This document shows, one piece after another, positions 1 to 14,300 of a stretch of DNA of 64,000 nucleotides. The stretch covers positions 124,001-188,000 of the forward strand of contig UYFQ01000218.1 in assembly GCA_900617105.1 (NCBI GenBank), written 5' to 3'. The DNA comes from Hydrurus foetidus (lineage: Eukaryota). A program made the position numbers and the translations under genes. A model generated the notes under the pieces. It was given only the letters and a program-made list of their open reading frames with translations. It ran no database searches and was not told the origin of the DNA. Positions within the stretch are counted from its first letter, which is position 1. Every line of letters begins with the position of its first letter.

Positions 1-1271
1 ATGCAAACATCGCTGTACGGTGTAAAGATGGACGGAAGTTTATGAGTACAACATAGAACGAGACTTGCAAAGTGCGCATCAGTTTCACGAATTTTAAGAT
101 GGACGACTTCAAATATTTCGTACGCACCTAGTCCAATGGTTTCACTTCCTTGTCCAGATGTGTTCAGAGGAATTAAAAGGGCATCAGCACGGGCTACAGG
201 AATGAAGATAAGATGACGTAAAAATTAAGATTGAATAAGATTGTGTTAAATTGAAATTATGAGAAGATAGAGTTTGAAGGTGGTAATATGGAATATCATT
301 ACAGACATGAAGTGCGTCTTGTGGCTTTTTGATTTCGTCTTATTAGAGGATTTATCAGCGATGCTGTGAATGCTTTTACTCTGATGCTCACTTTTGATGA
401 GTTGGCAAAATTTCTCCAGAAATGAGATTTTACGTATCAGGACGAGCAAAATAAATTATTGTCAGCAAATAGAACCACTGGTGCACGAAATAAAAGAATA
501 TCACACAAATAATTTATACGAATTCGTCCAGTAAGTACGCGTAATGAAGAAAAACTCACCAACATCCCCCAAACCACCCCCTTCCGACCATCCCGCTTTT
601 TTCAACATCTGAAATCCAATATTGTCCCCTTGTATTTTGTGCAACTCGTAGTCGCTTTCTTTCTCCAACTTTATACCACTCACAACAGCATCGGCATTTT
701 TCAAAAATTTATCAAGTTCTTGTTTCTGGAAGACAGGAGAAAAGAGAAAGAGGAAAAAGAATGACGGGATGAGAAGTGGAATAATTCACTACTATCCGTA
801 TCATCTCATATTGCATCGATTCAATTCAACTGCAGTACACACATCGCTACAACATCATCAATTACTCATAACGTACAGGCAGGAAGTCCCCCATAAAATG
901 GCTTCCTCTTCCGGCCAAAGACTGCAAATTGTTTTTCTGAGAAGTCTCCAACATTTCTTTGGCTCTTTTTCGGTGTTCCCAAGTTCCACCATCAATTATT
1001 CCTACATTCAAAAACACGGAATTTTATCAAGATTTTAGTGTGTGTAATTTATCAGATTTTGTTTGTTTTTGTATTTCATTGAGGGATAATGTCGAAAAGG
1101 TGTATCATACAGAATGCGGAAATATGATTGATAGATTATGACGAAGAAGCGGATAATTTTCAGAATGAAAGTGGAAGCAAACAAGCTGTAATAGAAGAGC
1201 AGAGGGATAAAAAACAAGCAACAAATAGAAAAGATGGATGGGCATCAATAGAGAAGTAACGTGATAATAAA

Positions 1272-1302
<31 letters not shown>

Positions 1303-3391
1303 GAAATTACAGTCACCTCTATTTCGCTCAGCATCCAATATCGTATCTTTCTCATCGTCTTCATTGTAACGCGATGCGAGTACACTGTACTCCGAGACCC
1401 TCTCTCTGTTCAGCTCCTCCAACTGCTGCAACCCTCTGTCCCCCTTACTTGTCCCTGCCTTGTCCGTACTGCTGTACGCGCTTTGCACAGCAGATCGTTG
1501 CGCGCCGTCTCTGATACGTTGCTCTAACAATTGCAATTCTTTTTGTCCCTTTATTTGAGCAGCCCTTACTCTATCTCTCTCGTTCTCTCTTTCCTTTTCT
1601 CTTTCCCTCTCTAACTCTCTCTCCATCTCCATAATCATTATTCTTTCTATCTCACCGCTGTCCATTTCTTTTTTATTCATGACTGTGTGAGATTGAACGT
1701 GACCGGTGCTGGATGGAATCGATGATCCTAGATCAACGAAATCCAATGTATAAATTAAAAATCCGAAATTTCATGCAGTGGAATAGCAATACTTCAAGCA
1801 ATCATGTGCATTCAAAATGCTCGCTGAAAATTGATGCAAAATTCTGATTATAAATATGATATATCGAGAGGGATTCACCTGTTGCAGAGTTCAGGATTAT
1901 GCCGGAACTGGCCGAAATAGAAGGACCCCACCGGTTCCTCCGGCTAGATTTTGGTGCATCGGATAGTTGAGCATCATGAGGAGGAGGAACATTTATTAAA
2001 TTTTGATGCGATGAGTTATCATTGTTGTTGCTGCTGATAGTCTTCATAACGCTGTTATTATTGTGTAACTTTGCAATGGCACTGTTTACGCTGGTACTGC
2101 CATTATGTGCGAATGCGGAAGTGTTTGTTACACCAACATCACTTGAATTCATCACAATTTTATCCGGAACATGGTTAGTATCACTTCTAAACGGATTTAA
2201 CAAACTGTGATCAACGGATGAGACTTTCATACCAAATGAAGAGGACGTCATAAATCCAGCTGCAGCAGAATTATTCAAATACTTAACACTATCATTATTG
2301 TTGACTGCACTCTGCATGACATCATTACAAACGTTTTGCACGTTTTTTTCCGCACGAAGTTTTTCTGATATTTCCCGGAATTTTTTCCCTTCCAGTGACA
2401 TTCTTTCTGCATCGTATAAAAACTCGAAATTCGGATCACCTTTCTTGCTTCTCATAAAAGCTTGTACATGAGATGGATTGGTGATCATATATGTAGCAAC
2501 TTGTGTGATGAAATTTACTTTGTCATTTGTTACACCTATTTCATTTGTTTTTAAAATAATATTCCTATGTGTTGTTACGTCCTGAGATCGCTGTTCTTTC
2601 TCATTACTCACTGACGTCACTCCTTCGCCTTCTTTCTCTTTACTCGATAAGTCTTCTACATTTTCTTCTATTTCTTCAAATCCTTTCAGTTTTTTTTTCT
2701 GCAATTTTATTGGTCCAAAGCTGTTCAACATTTTTCTTTTTCTCAGTTCTTCAATTTTCCTATTCTCCATCTCCATTCTACGCGTATGATCTAGACTCTC
2801 TTGTTCCTTCTTTTTGAGTACGTTCTCAATGTCTTGCTGCTTTTGTAATGCTGCCAACATCGCTTTTTTTTCTTTGATATCCCTTTCATTTTGCTCCTCT
2901 ACTTTATCATCTTCAGCTTGACTAGGACTGTAGGCACTCTCGTAGGTTTCATCTTTTTCTGAGGATGACGATGCCATTTCGCTACGAGGGGGTGGTGGAG
3001 GGATTGTGCACTCGGGAGGAACAGGAGTAATAGTAATAGATTTTGGTGGAGGAGGAGGTAGATAATTGTAGTCCTGAGGGTAAGGAAGAGGAGGTTGAAT
3101 GCTGTATGGCTGGGGTGGCTGTGATGGTGGAAATGGAGCTAAAGATGCTGGCGGTAGAGGCATTATGGCTGGAGGAGGTGGCAATGGGATGGATGTAGGC
3201 AAAGGTGGCTGCGGCGTATTCATCAACCAAGGGGCGACAGGAGTATTAGGAGGCAGTGATGGCAATGGCGGTTGAAACAGGAGTGGAGCTGTATGCATGC
3301 ATTGATATTGCTGCTGCTGGTGCTGCAGATATCCAACATCGATTTGATTCTCGTTGTTGGGATCCATCGGATCATAGTCGCTGTCTGACAT
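1..3391 (-). CDS. SUGP1: SURP and G-patch domain splicing factor (SUGP1/SF4-like), multi-exon, 3' end runs off the window
   Basis: Pro-rich N-terminus, a SURP-like segment (FITQVATYM...GDPNFEFLYD) and a ULM-like RRNRWGP. Spliced exons give GSHFMGDFLP|KQELDKFL followed by a G-patch (NIGFQMLKKAGWSEGGGLG). This is the order and motif set of SUGP1. Confidence 0.8.
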
Positions 3392-5371
3392 ATCCGCTAG
3401 TATGAAAAAACATAGAAGAATAAGTCAGCAGGTTCCGATAAGCAGAGGAAAGATAGCAAAAAAAACATATTGCCGTCGTCACGGTCGTCAGATTTGAGAT
3501 GGTGTTTTTGTATGACTTGTACCGCATTAGTAGACCCTCTCGTTGAATTTTCTTACCCAAAAACGTCCTCAAAACTTGGCTCCTCAAGTCTGGTTTCGTA
3601 AGAGTTTCTATTCGAAAAGCTGCAAAAAGTTAGGATGCTTTCGAATTTATCCGAAGTTACAGTAAGTTCTCAAATGACGTAGTAGCATCAAATATATGTT
3701 GCCGAATGATGAATGATTCTTATCTGCAGAGAGATGAGAGATCAAGCAAGTGTCAACTTTCTGTACGCTGTCTCGCGGATACAGAATGTAGGTGGTCGGA
3801 TGGAATACGAAGTACGAAAGGTAAAAAGGTTGAGGGCAAGAGCAACAGATGGGCATGAGGTTTAAGCTCGAATTCGAAGAAAATCTAATATTCTAGTACG
3901 TGCATTATGTGATGAGAGTCAAATCACAAAGAATAATCGATTTTCAAAAAGATCAATTGGTTGTGATATGCTGCTATTCAATTTTTATTTTTACTGATTG
4001 TGTCTGGGACTATGCGATGACACGGCATACTTTATGGAGTCAAAGTCAGATATATACGTTTTTTGTTTTTTGAGACCAAAATTAAGGCCTGAGACAACTG
4101 TCGAGGTTATATTTGTCTTTGATGAAGATATATCCACCGTACTTTCCACTCGCTTACCACATAATATCTGAGCCCATACAAATTTTATACCTCGCTGAGC
4201 CGACAGCCGTACCATGCCTCTTAAAATGTGTGTAGCACTTTTAAATGCTCAAGGAGTCCAAACTTGAGATAAGACGACGGTTTACTAGCGAAATAAAAGA
4301 TTAGAAGAAGTCGATTGGTCTTCTTGCGAATACGGAATAATGGATTAATTCGATTCGTGATAAGTTGATAAAACGAAAAATTGTAATTAAAGAGAGTGCA
4401 AATTATCAATCTTTTTCGGAGATCTCCATCGCACCATTTTACCTCGTTTGATTAATGTACAGGAAGTATCAATGTAAGCTGTAATTCCATTGATGAAACT
4501 TACTTCGAATGGAACTTATCCCACTTTGATTCATTCAATTCGGCTTTGACAAAGGGAAAGAAACATTATGGAGAAAAGAATAATAAGATTTTTAATTCGG
4601 CGCATCCAGTCAAAATATTGCAGAAAAAACATCAAGTTCCACCAGAAGCTGTAATGGATTAATTTGAGATCGCATTTCATCACGAAATAAGCCATTTCTC
4701 TCACTCTTAAGAACTATTCACAGTTTTAGAGTTTAGAGAAATGGACTACCGTGTGGTCGCGATGTCAAAAGAAGACGCATTTCAGCTAAGGGGAATATAA
4801 ACTAAAATGGATGATAATTATTGAGCTACAAGTTTCTTGAACTTTTCTTTTGATTTATTGAAATTGCACCAAATAAATTTCAGTACGAATCACGACTAAA
4901 TTTGCGGTAATTTTCACCACGACAACTGAAATAGCACTAAATGAAATTCAATGAATGTGGGCCACGCAAGCGGCGGGCGGCGCTACTAGTGTACTAAATT
5001 TGACTATGCTAGAGAATTATGATGCTAATCTACGAATGCAGTTGTCTAATAAACTCATACGACGTGAGGGCTCAGGAAGGAGACGTCCAGTAAGCCTCAA
5101 GTTGTGCTCATTCCTGTTAAGACAGTCACGTATTCCTCTCTCCAAGACAGATTGGACGACGGCATATTTCTCAACGGCAATACTAACTAAATAAAATAAA
5201 TTCCCTTATGTACTAGTCAAGTGATAGTCACATGTATGTGAGGCGTAGAGGCATCGCGTGGAGTGGTCTACACTCGAATGCAAATAGCTGCATCACTTAC
5301 CTGAGAAAATCAGAAGAGAGTAATCTTACGACAACGAGATTCTTGGTTTCACGAAGTGCCAAACAAACAGC

Positions 5372-8300
5372 TTAAAGAAACTTTTTCATTGACTCTTTGA
5401 TAGAAGGGATGTCATTGTTACGGAGTGCCTCCAAAAAGATCATGGAATCTTCGTGCTCTCGATTCACTGATGCTAGAGATGCAAATTTCTCCTCAAAATT
5501 GTCGTTGCAGACCTGTCTCCTCAACCGATCGATTCTAGTGTATCTCCGTCCAGAGTCCTTGATTTCTTGGATCATGTCCATTGAGATCCCAATGTCCTCC
5601 AGCTCCGAGTCTAGCAACACCATGCTGTAAGATCCCTGGTTACCCTGCCTGGCAGTGCGGCCTTTGATCTGCCGTTCCTCAGACACTTCAAGAGACACGA
5701 AGGTCTGGATCACATGCACCCCCCCACTAGCATCCAGATCATCATCGAAGCAGATGAAGTCAGTGCCTCGACCGAAGTCGCAACTCATCACGGTGATGCT
5801 CTTAGATGTCACAGCTTGCCTCACCGTCACTTCTCGATCGGCTGCAGTATCCTCCTCTCTGATAACACGTACCTGTCCTCTCAATGCATTCATCGGAGGA
5901 GATGCCAAAAAGTCATTCACCTCCTTCTTCGTCTTCAAGAACACAAACACTGCCCGATTTTTGATTTTGCCTATGAGTTGCAAATGGATCTCATTGACGA
6001 TTTCCTTGTAATATTCAGTCGTATCCGTGATTTTGATGGCACTGGCGGAGTTCCCATCGAAGACCAATTTATTGCTGCCGTATACAGATCGAAGATATGT
6101 GGTATTCTTCACTTCATACTCGTCCCGAAGCACAGATCTCTGTTTCTCACTCAGCTCCTTCAGAGTACCTGACACACCGAGAATATTGTCATACAATTTT
6201 GGCATCGCCGCATAACTGTAAGAGCCGCATTGCACGTCAATAACTATGTTCATTTCAAGACCCTCTGCGGTGATCTTTCCATTTTCGTGCTCTTTGAAGT
6301 ATGCAAACATTGTCCACGCACCGTAGCTAGTAGTGTAAGATATGCCGTCGAATACTTTGTAACCAATCCTATTCCTCGCACAGTCTACATGGTATTCGTG
6401 TGTTGGATCTTCGAACGTGGTCAGCGCTTCGATGAGGCAGCTCACAGATCTTTCGATTACGAACTCCCAACCCAAGTACCTCTGTATACAAGCCACGTAG
6501 ACTGGCCACTGAATAACGTTTCCTTTTCTCAACGCATATTTGTCACCTTTTTTGTGTGCTGCCCACAGCTCCTTGATGAATGCTGTCACTTCAGCTCCAT
6601 AGACGTTTTGCGATGGTCTATAAGAACTAAAGTAGATGTTCTCATCGAAGAAAACATCTACCTCATCAACAAGTAGTACCCGCTTAGTGGCATTGCTGTA
6701 TTCTTCAAAATGATACGCAGTGCCGTCCATGGCGGCTGACACGCGACCCCAAATGGAACCTCGCTGTCCTAGACTCCTCTCAGCCATCGTTGAAAAAGTG
6801 CCGTAGTTGATGAAGTCACTGAGCCCAAAGACGCTGATTAGATCCTCGAAGGCGTCACTGTCACGGTTAGTCAAATATTCGCTGTAGCACACAACGTCAA
6901 CCTCAAAGCCCAGGAGGGCTAGCAGCATCGCACTCACCGCGAGTGTTACTGACTTTCCTTCGCCAGTGCCAATCTCAACTAGGTGATTCTCCAACTCAAA
7001 GTTTAACTCCCTTCGAAATCGTCGCTCATGCATTCTCTTCACGGATTTCCCAGGGCGCTCACCATTGAAGGAGGCATGGTCTTTGTCTTTCATGGAGGGA
7101 GTCGAGGGACACTTCGGCTCAGACTGAGATGGAGTATCTTGAAAAGAAAAAAATAAGAATGTTGAGTCGTCCACATATTGCTGGAAATTGGGCGAATGAA
7201 TGAATGTACCTGGAGAGTCTTCATCTAGTCCGAATAATCTTAGGATGCCTACTATTTGCCCGCTGTGTGGTTGGAGGAGTGCTGTATTCTTCCTCACCGC
7301 CGAAGATTCCTTCTGTAATTTGTGATCTCGAGCTTGGGACTGTTGGAAGTGCTCCGATTCACTCAAGGTCCAGTAGGCAAAGATGTGTGCCATGAGACTG
7401 CGGATCTTGAGTTTCGGAGGGAGGTCTGATCTCTGTGATATAACCTTAGTCTTATTTACGATTGACTGTAGCTCAACGCTGAGGAACTTGTTGCGTTCTA
7501 AGCCAGCCTCCACTAGTGCCCAGTACTCCTCTTCAAATGACGCGCTTATTTGTCGAAGACTTTCTTTTGTTGCCGAGCTCAGCTGCTGACCACAGGAGGT
7601 CTCGTCATCGCCACTTATGTCGTGCAACATATCTTCTACTGTCAATCTCAGTATCCTCTCATTTCTGAGGAGTAATTTGTGACCTGAGAAGGCGACATGC
7701 TCCGAAAGTATCTGTGATACAATAGGCGCATCGGATGTCCGTATACCACCTAAATAGATGGAGAGACCGAGAAAGAAAGACGTACCCGACGCCCCTGTGG
7801 GGCGTGCCTTGTAATCCGCAAGCAAAACATCAACGAACTTCTCATCGACATGCTGCTTGTAGCGGGCCACATGGGTGGTGGCAGTCTTCATGTTGATGAG
7901 CTCGTTGGCAACTCTTTCGTAAAAGTGGTCTCCGAAAGGATTGCTGTTCCATTCGGCTTCATTCAGCCAGCCCTTGCATTTCATGACTTCGATGCGCTGA
8001 AAGAATATACCGTCAATTGTCTTCATGCGTCCGACAGCTCGGTCCTGCAGAACGTTGTCACTAAGATTCTCACTGATGGATCTCAAGTTGTCATACAGCA
8101 CTCCAAATCGTTCATAATCCGTCGTATCAACGAGGCGGTCGGCAGCACAGCCAATGCTCTCGATTTCTGAGCAAAGCTTGTCTCTGCAGCTCTCCTCATT
8201 AGCTCGGTTGTTGACACATCCATTGATAATAGCCTGATCAGCATCCCACTGAATCAAGAGGGTTAGAGCCACTTGCACTTTGCAGTAGAAGAAGTTCCGG

Positions 8301-11300
8301 TCAGATGCGTTGGGCGTTATGAGCAGTTGATTGTCGAGGAGAGATGGTCTCGCAACCTTTCGAGTTGCCTCCATTGCGGCGTTAATATTTGCATTCATGT
8401 CATCAGATGAAGGAAGTTCCATTACACGAAGACTTTCTAACTGCTGCATTGTAAGTAGCAGCTTTTTATCGTCACGAAGAGCCTCCACTTTACGGAGCAG
8501 AGGTGCACTTTTTTTAGCCACAATCAACAGCTTGCTTGCCATCGAGATGGAATTGCTCAGCTCTTCAGCATTTGCTTTCTTTTGACCCGCGGTGCTCGAC
8601 ATGATGCTGCAAATTTGAGTTGTCCACGATAAGATTTTTCGCCCAAGCACGGCGAATCGTCCCGCGATCGAGAGAATGGCTCCACAGGCCCTTGCGCGGA
8701 GTGACTCGTCACGATTAAAAATATGCCCCCTGACAAACTCTCCCTCAGATTGAAGCAGTGCAGACAGACCGTCGAATAATGGTTCCATTTCTGGCACTTG
8801 CATCAGTGTGAAGTCCTTTTCGCGATCGATTATGTTGTTGGTGGCTGCCACAAACGATTGAAGGAGCTCCTGCATGAGTTTGATCGGCGGATTCACGTCA
8901 AATGTCACAGGGTAAATAAGAAACCGACTGCTGTTCAAATAGCAAGAGTAATAAATCGGGTACTGCTTCCAGCATTGGAGCTGATAGACGTAGTGGACCC
9001 ATCGGTGATGCAGTGGCATTGAGACGGAAAGGACAGATAACAATTTGCCAGCATTCAAATCCAGTATGACCTTCCGAATCAGAATATCACTTTGTATGTT
9101 CAACCTGTCGCCGATATCTTTCATGCGATTGAAATCACCGCTCCGAACATATCGAAAGAAAAGATCGATGGATCTCTGACAATCGCCGGCATCGATATTG
9201 TTGGCCTCACTTATTCGGAGATCGTGAGTTCTCCTGACTTTTTCGACCATTGTCTTCGTCTCTTCTAGACTCGATTGATATTGTTCAAAAAGCTTCAGGG
9301 GGAAAAAGGGTGTGAAGAGCTGGACACTTTTCACAAGTTCTTCGCACTCCTCGAGACAGGAGATCGGACTGTCAGTCAGACCAAGTGGTTTACTCAGCAT
9401 GGCACCCGGCCTGACCTCATCCATGCTAGTGTCGGATGGGCACTGCGGCACTTTCAGTTGTTGGAAAGAGTCATCTTGCTCGATGTTCATCTCCATGGAG
9501 GAGTTGTCGTAATCAATATAACTCTGGATGGATCGTAAAGTTGTCATGACGTCCTCATAAAGATATTCGTGAAGAGACTTTGCAGCAGTGCTGTAGCGTA
9601 CTCCAAATCGCTCCGCACGTTCCAGGTCGTCGAATAGCTTGATGGGCGGCAATGCCCTGACTTGATCTATGCTAGTCGGCTTGCAGTAGTAACTTGAGAT
9701 TCCTGATAGAGCACTGCTGATTAGATCGCTTTTACATTTAAGCGTATCAGCTAATTGCTCCGCTTGTCTGATGAAGGCCTTGACAGAGTGCGGAGAATCG
9801 TCCTCGGGACGCGGCTGTTTATCCATTTTCTAAAAGATTGTGGTTTCAAGATTTCAGTGAGAAGTCGTTCTTATTGGCTGTCAAGGGACAGTGTGATTTC
9901 AGATAAACATAGGTACTTCTGTGAGGCATTTGGCATACCTCAGAGGAGATGCTCCAGCGCACTTGGTTAGCAACCTCAATGTCTCTGCTTAAGCGTTCTA
10001 GAATTGGGAGAGTGCGGGCAGTTGCAGCCAACAAGTCCTCGATCTCATAGAATTTTGATTTACCTAATGTCACCTTCAAGTCGTCCATCCGCGATAAGCA
10101 GTCACCGCAAATGAGATTCATCGTCGCGTTGATACCTTTATCCAAATCCTTCATCTTCGCATACTCATCGAAGTGGTCGTCAGCGAGATATGTGGCAAAC
10201 ATATTTGACTTCTCCGAGATCTCGCGAAGGTCGTTGAAAAGCGTGACAGTCGCCTCATGAGATGTCGTACCGAGACTAAAACTCTCGGCGGTCGACTTAG
10301 TTCTCTTCAGCAAAGATGTCAAAGCCGTGAAGACTTCCTGCAGTAGGCTTCGCAGCTCTGCGGCAACGAGCGGATTCTCCCTGGTGAAGTTTTTCAGGTC
10401 GCTGAGAACACCATCGAAGTCGTGGTTAGGAATCTTCTGGCGAGTAGAGGTGCTGATCTTGCTTATAACGGACTTGAACTTGTAAGCAGTGGAGATGAAC
10501 TTCAAGTTGCTGTCAGTGATCGGGAGAAATTCGTCCAAAACTGATAGCATGTCGCATAGCTGGAACTTCACATACAGCGCGGTAAGAATGGATGGACCGG
10601 ATACACATGAGGCCTCATATTCCTCAGCATGACTGCTGAGGTCTGTGAGTAGCGAGAGGATGGCATTTGCGGATCTCGCTAAAGCCTCTTCTACACTGCC
10701 CTTTACAACATCCAGACCAGGACAGCTGCTCTGCGTCATGTATCTCTCAAAGGATTTTAGAAAGGCGAGACATTGCCTAATTTCGAGGGCAGCATCTTCT
10801 TCAAAAGTATTCGCACTATCACCAGTGATGTGTTCGACAAATTGATGATACTTTAACTTCGCATGTGTAAGGAGCAGTGTGATTCTGTCTCCCACAGAGG
10901 TGAAGTAAGCATTGACGCTAACCATATCTGCTTTCTGGCCGTCACTGAGCAATGAGGAGAAGCCCAAATGATCGATATTGGCCAAAAAGAACAGGGCATC
11001 TCGAGCATTTCGCATTAGGGTCTTTGAATGCACTTGTGACGCAGAACAGGCGAGAAGAGTGTTTATCTGCGCTACACCTACATGGAAAAATATAGGTGGA
11101 AAATGATGTGATGGGACTCTGATGAATAGTGCAATAATCTTTAATGCAAGCTCTGTACCTTCAGTGGCTGCACCGATTATTGAGTTGTCGCATGATTGAA
11201 TAGACATCGCGATCGATTTAGAGAGCTCCGACAGCTCAGTGACTCTGTCGCTACAGTCAACATCGATTGTTTCTTCCAGTGATGCTACGGAATATCTTTT

Positions 11301-14300
11301 GCAGCAGATAGCCTTCAGCCTTTCAGATTCTATGTACGTCAGACTTGAGTCGCCAACAACACTGTCGTTGAGTGCCTTGACGATTGCTGACATATCTACT
11401 ATGAGATGTTTGAGTTCACTTCCGCACACATCTTGTAGTCCTCCTTCTAAAGCAGACGCATCATGTATGCTCAGTAACAGAGACTTTAGGCTTGGAGTGG
11501 CAGTTCTGCTAGAATGCTTTTCGTCTGTGGTAATAGCGTTGATAGCCTTGAATGCCTGTCTGAAGTATGAGTCAAGGGCGTTCTTCGCTGTGTTGAACAG
11601 GGAGTGGTGCGAATCTGTTGTGGCTTGAGAGACGAATGCATCTTGGCGCAGTGAGTCGATGAAAGAGGCTTTGGTTTTCAACTTGCTGAAGAGCTCGACA
11701 TCATGGTTACGATATGAGAGCTGGAACTCCACCTCAGCCTTCTTGCATGACGTGGCTACTTGAGCGGTGAGGCAGTTTACAGCGGTATGAAGCCTGTCCA
11801 ATTTGACGTCTCTGCTGAAAGCAGGGGAAGAGATTACTTCCAAAACGCGTTTTATTGTGTCACGAAACACCTCTGCGCAGCCGGGAGTATTCTCGTCTAT
11901 TTGACGTCTTGCATCTTCACAGTCATCGGTGATGACGTCTAAAAACAGACTATGGGCGACTGACATGACCTCGAGAGCATGAATGTCAGGCGACAAATCG
12001 AAGACCTCTAGGGCCTTCAGCTGCTGGAGAGGAAGCAGGCAGTCGATGTATCGCTTTGAGCACAAACTGTCAGCCAGATTGTGAACTAAGTCAGTGATGG
12101 TGCCACGGAGAGATATCAATTGTGCCCCAAACAAATACACAACTTCAGAGAAGGTGTCCGCTAACTCCTTCACGGCTCGGTGATCACTTTTCTCTGCTAA
12201 GACAGCTAAACTCCGCATTTTGTCAAGTCGAGAAGAAGTCGAGGGGTTAACTGCTAAAGAATCGGAGTCCAGCTGGACGCTTTTGCTCATCAATGCGGAT
12301 ACAGAGTGCGAGATAATGTCTCCACTTTCTTTCATCATGCGCCTCAAGAGCGAGGCAATCATGCCCTTCATATCAGACCCCTTTACTTCTCCCTCACCAT
12401 GCACGCGATCGATGAGCTGCGGATGACCCGTACGTAAATCCTCGAGTTCCAGCAGGTGTCGCACCATGTCCATGCACCTCATGATCTCAACATCGCTTGA
12501 GACTGGTGTTCCATCTTCAAAGAGGACCACGATGCGCCTATACACTGCGAAGTAAGCTTTCTGCGCGGCGTCAGAAATTTCCCGAATACACGTGAAGTAC
12601 ACCCTCGAACACAAAGTTAGGCCAATGATGACATGGAGGTCCAGCAGTTGGTGCAGCTTGAACTTTACGACAGGGAGTATTTCAGTTGCTCCAGATGTCA
12701 GGAATCGGTCAATGCCCTGCGAGTAAAGTTTCGTCGATGATTGGAGATGATTAGGCGATTGCTCTTCAAGGAAAGTGTTGCAGCTGAGGGAGTGAAACCC
12801 ACTCCAAATATCATTCCTCACCTGAAAGATGGCGGTTTTGTGCAGGTCAAGCTGATGTGTAAGAATTCTAATTGAGTCTGGGGCAGCGAAATCGTAGAAG
12901 ACGTCGCCGGGATTCCTGATAGCTTCCACACTGTCAAATCCTTTTAGGAGCTCTGCATTGCTACCATTGATCATGTCAGCTATCGTACAGTGCGTGCGCT
13001 TTCGAGATTTCTGTGCAAGATCGGTTATCATGGCAGTAAAATTGGTGTCGGCCAGCTCAGCGTGCTCCATGTTGTAGCTGAATTCATTTAATCCTTCAGC
13101 AAGTCCCTCTAATCGATCAATTATCTTATTGAAGAGATAGAAGACGGAGCAGACATGATCGCTCAAGGCGGGGATCAACCTCGTGATTGATGGGACGAGA
13201 GTCCTCCTGAGGTTTGAGTACCTGTCGCTTATAGCGCCCTCGGTGATGAATATCACCAGTTTTACGCTCTTCGCAGATCTGATGGCTTTTGTCATCACAA
13301 TTCCGTTCGTGATGTCTTGCTCGGGGCCCCTCGTATCGCCTAGGCCGGCAGTGTCACAGACTACGAATTCCTTGTCGTCGGAGTGGATGGTGACAGCTCG
13401 AATTCCTGAGGTCTCGGATCTGGAGGAGCGGGAGAATGCAATATCTTCCAACCCTTCCATTATAACCACAGGTTCCAGACACTGCGTACCTCTAACTTCG
13501 GTCATTCTCATCTTAGAACCTGCCAAGAAGTGCATGAGTGTGGATTTCCCAGCTCCAGTGCTTCCAAGAAGGAGAATGATGTCATTGTCCTTGATCAAGT
13601 ACTCGGCGTTGACGGAGCTGCGAACATTCTCCAAGAGGCGACTGATGTCCAGCGGGGAAATAATGCGGAGGGTGCGGTACAACGTAAGTTCCATCTTGTT
13701 GAGGAGAATGGTGAGATTTCCGGACGCAAGGTTCGCGAGTGTCAAATATTCATCGAACAGTTTGGCGTACTCTTTCATATTGGTTATAACCTCATTCGTT
13801 GCAAGATTCTCTGCGGACAGCTGGCGCATTAGCCTTTCGTAAAGACCCTTTAAGGAGGCGACAGGAACGGTCGGAGGCTCGCCTTCGCGCTGCAAACTGT
13901 CTGACCTCAGTCGTGCGCGCTCCGACTTGAAGTATTCGTGCAGATCAGTGAGGCTCTTCTCGGCACATTGAGGCATTACAGTCTGCGGGGGAGTAGGAAG
14001 GTCATTCAACTTATTTGCTGTCATAACGGAGTATGGGAGAAGTCGGGATTCGGTAATCTCCCCAGCATCAGCGGGGGTAATACCCAGAGGAGATGGGGTT
14101 TCAATGGCTCCGTGAACCTCAGTCCCTCCTACTGAAAGCACCTACTAGATAAGAGACAAGCACAGTTATTTCGTATCAAGGATTTTCAGCTTCACCAAAT
14201 CATGCTCAATTAGGCAGCATATGATAACATTACTGACGTACAGGCGGTATCTCCATCGGCGCTAATGTTCGATTAATTTTGTCGATAGGCATGGCCTGTG

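Noticed and set aside
3600..5300. Short ORFs and a stop-interrupted + frame (~4250-4550) between SUGP1 and the giant gene
   Set aside because: No recognisable motif or consistent splice model, so a gene or pseudogene cannot be supported.
5372..7300. Calling the ATPase a canonical secA
   Set aside because: It lacks the C-terminal scaffold/wing region and a targeting presequence, and is fused to a GTPase.
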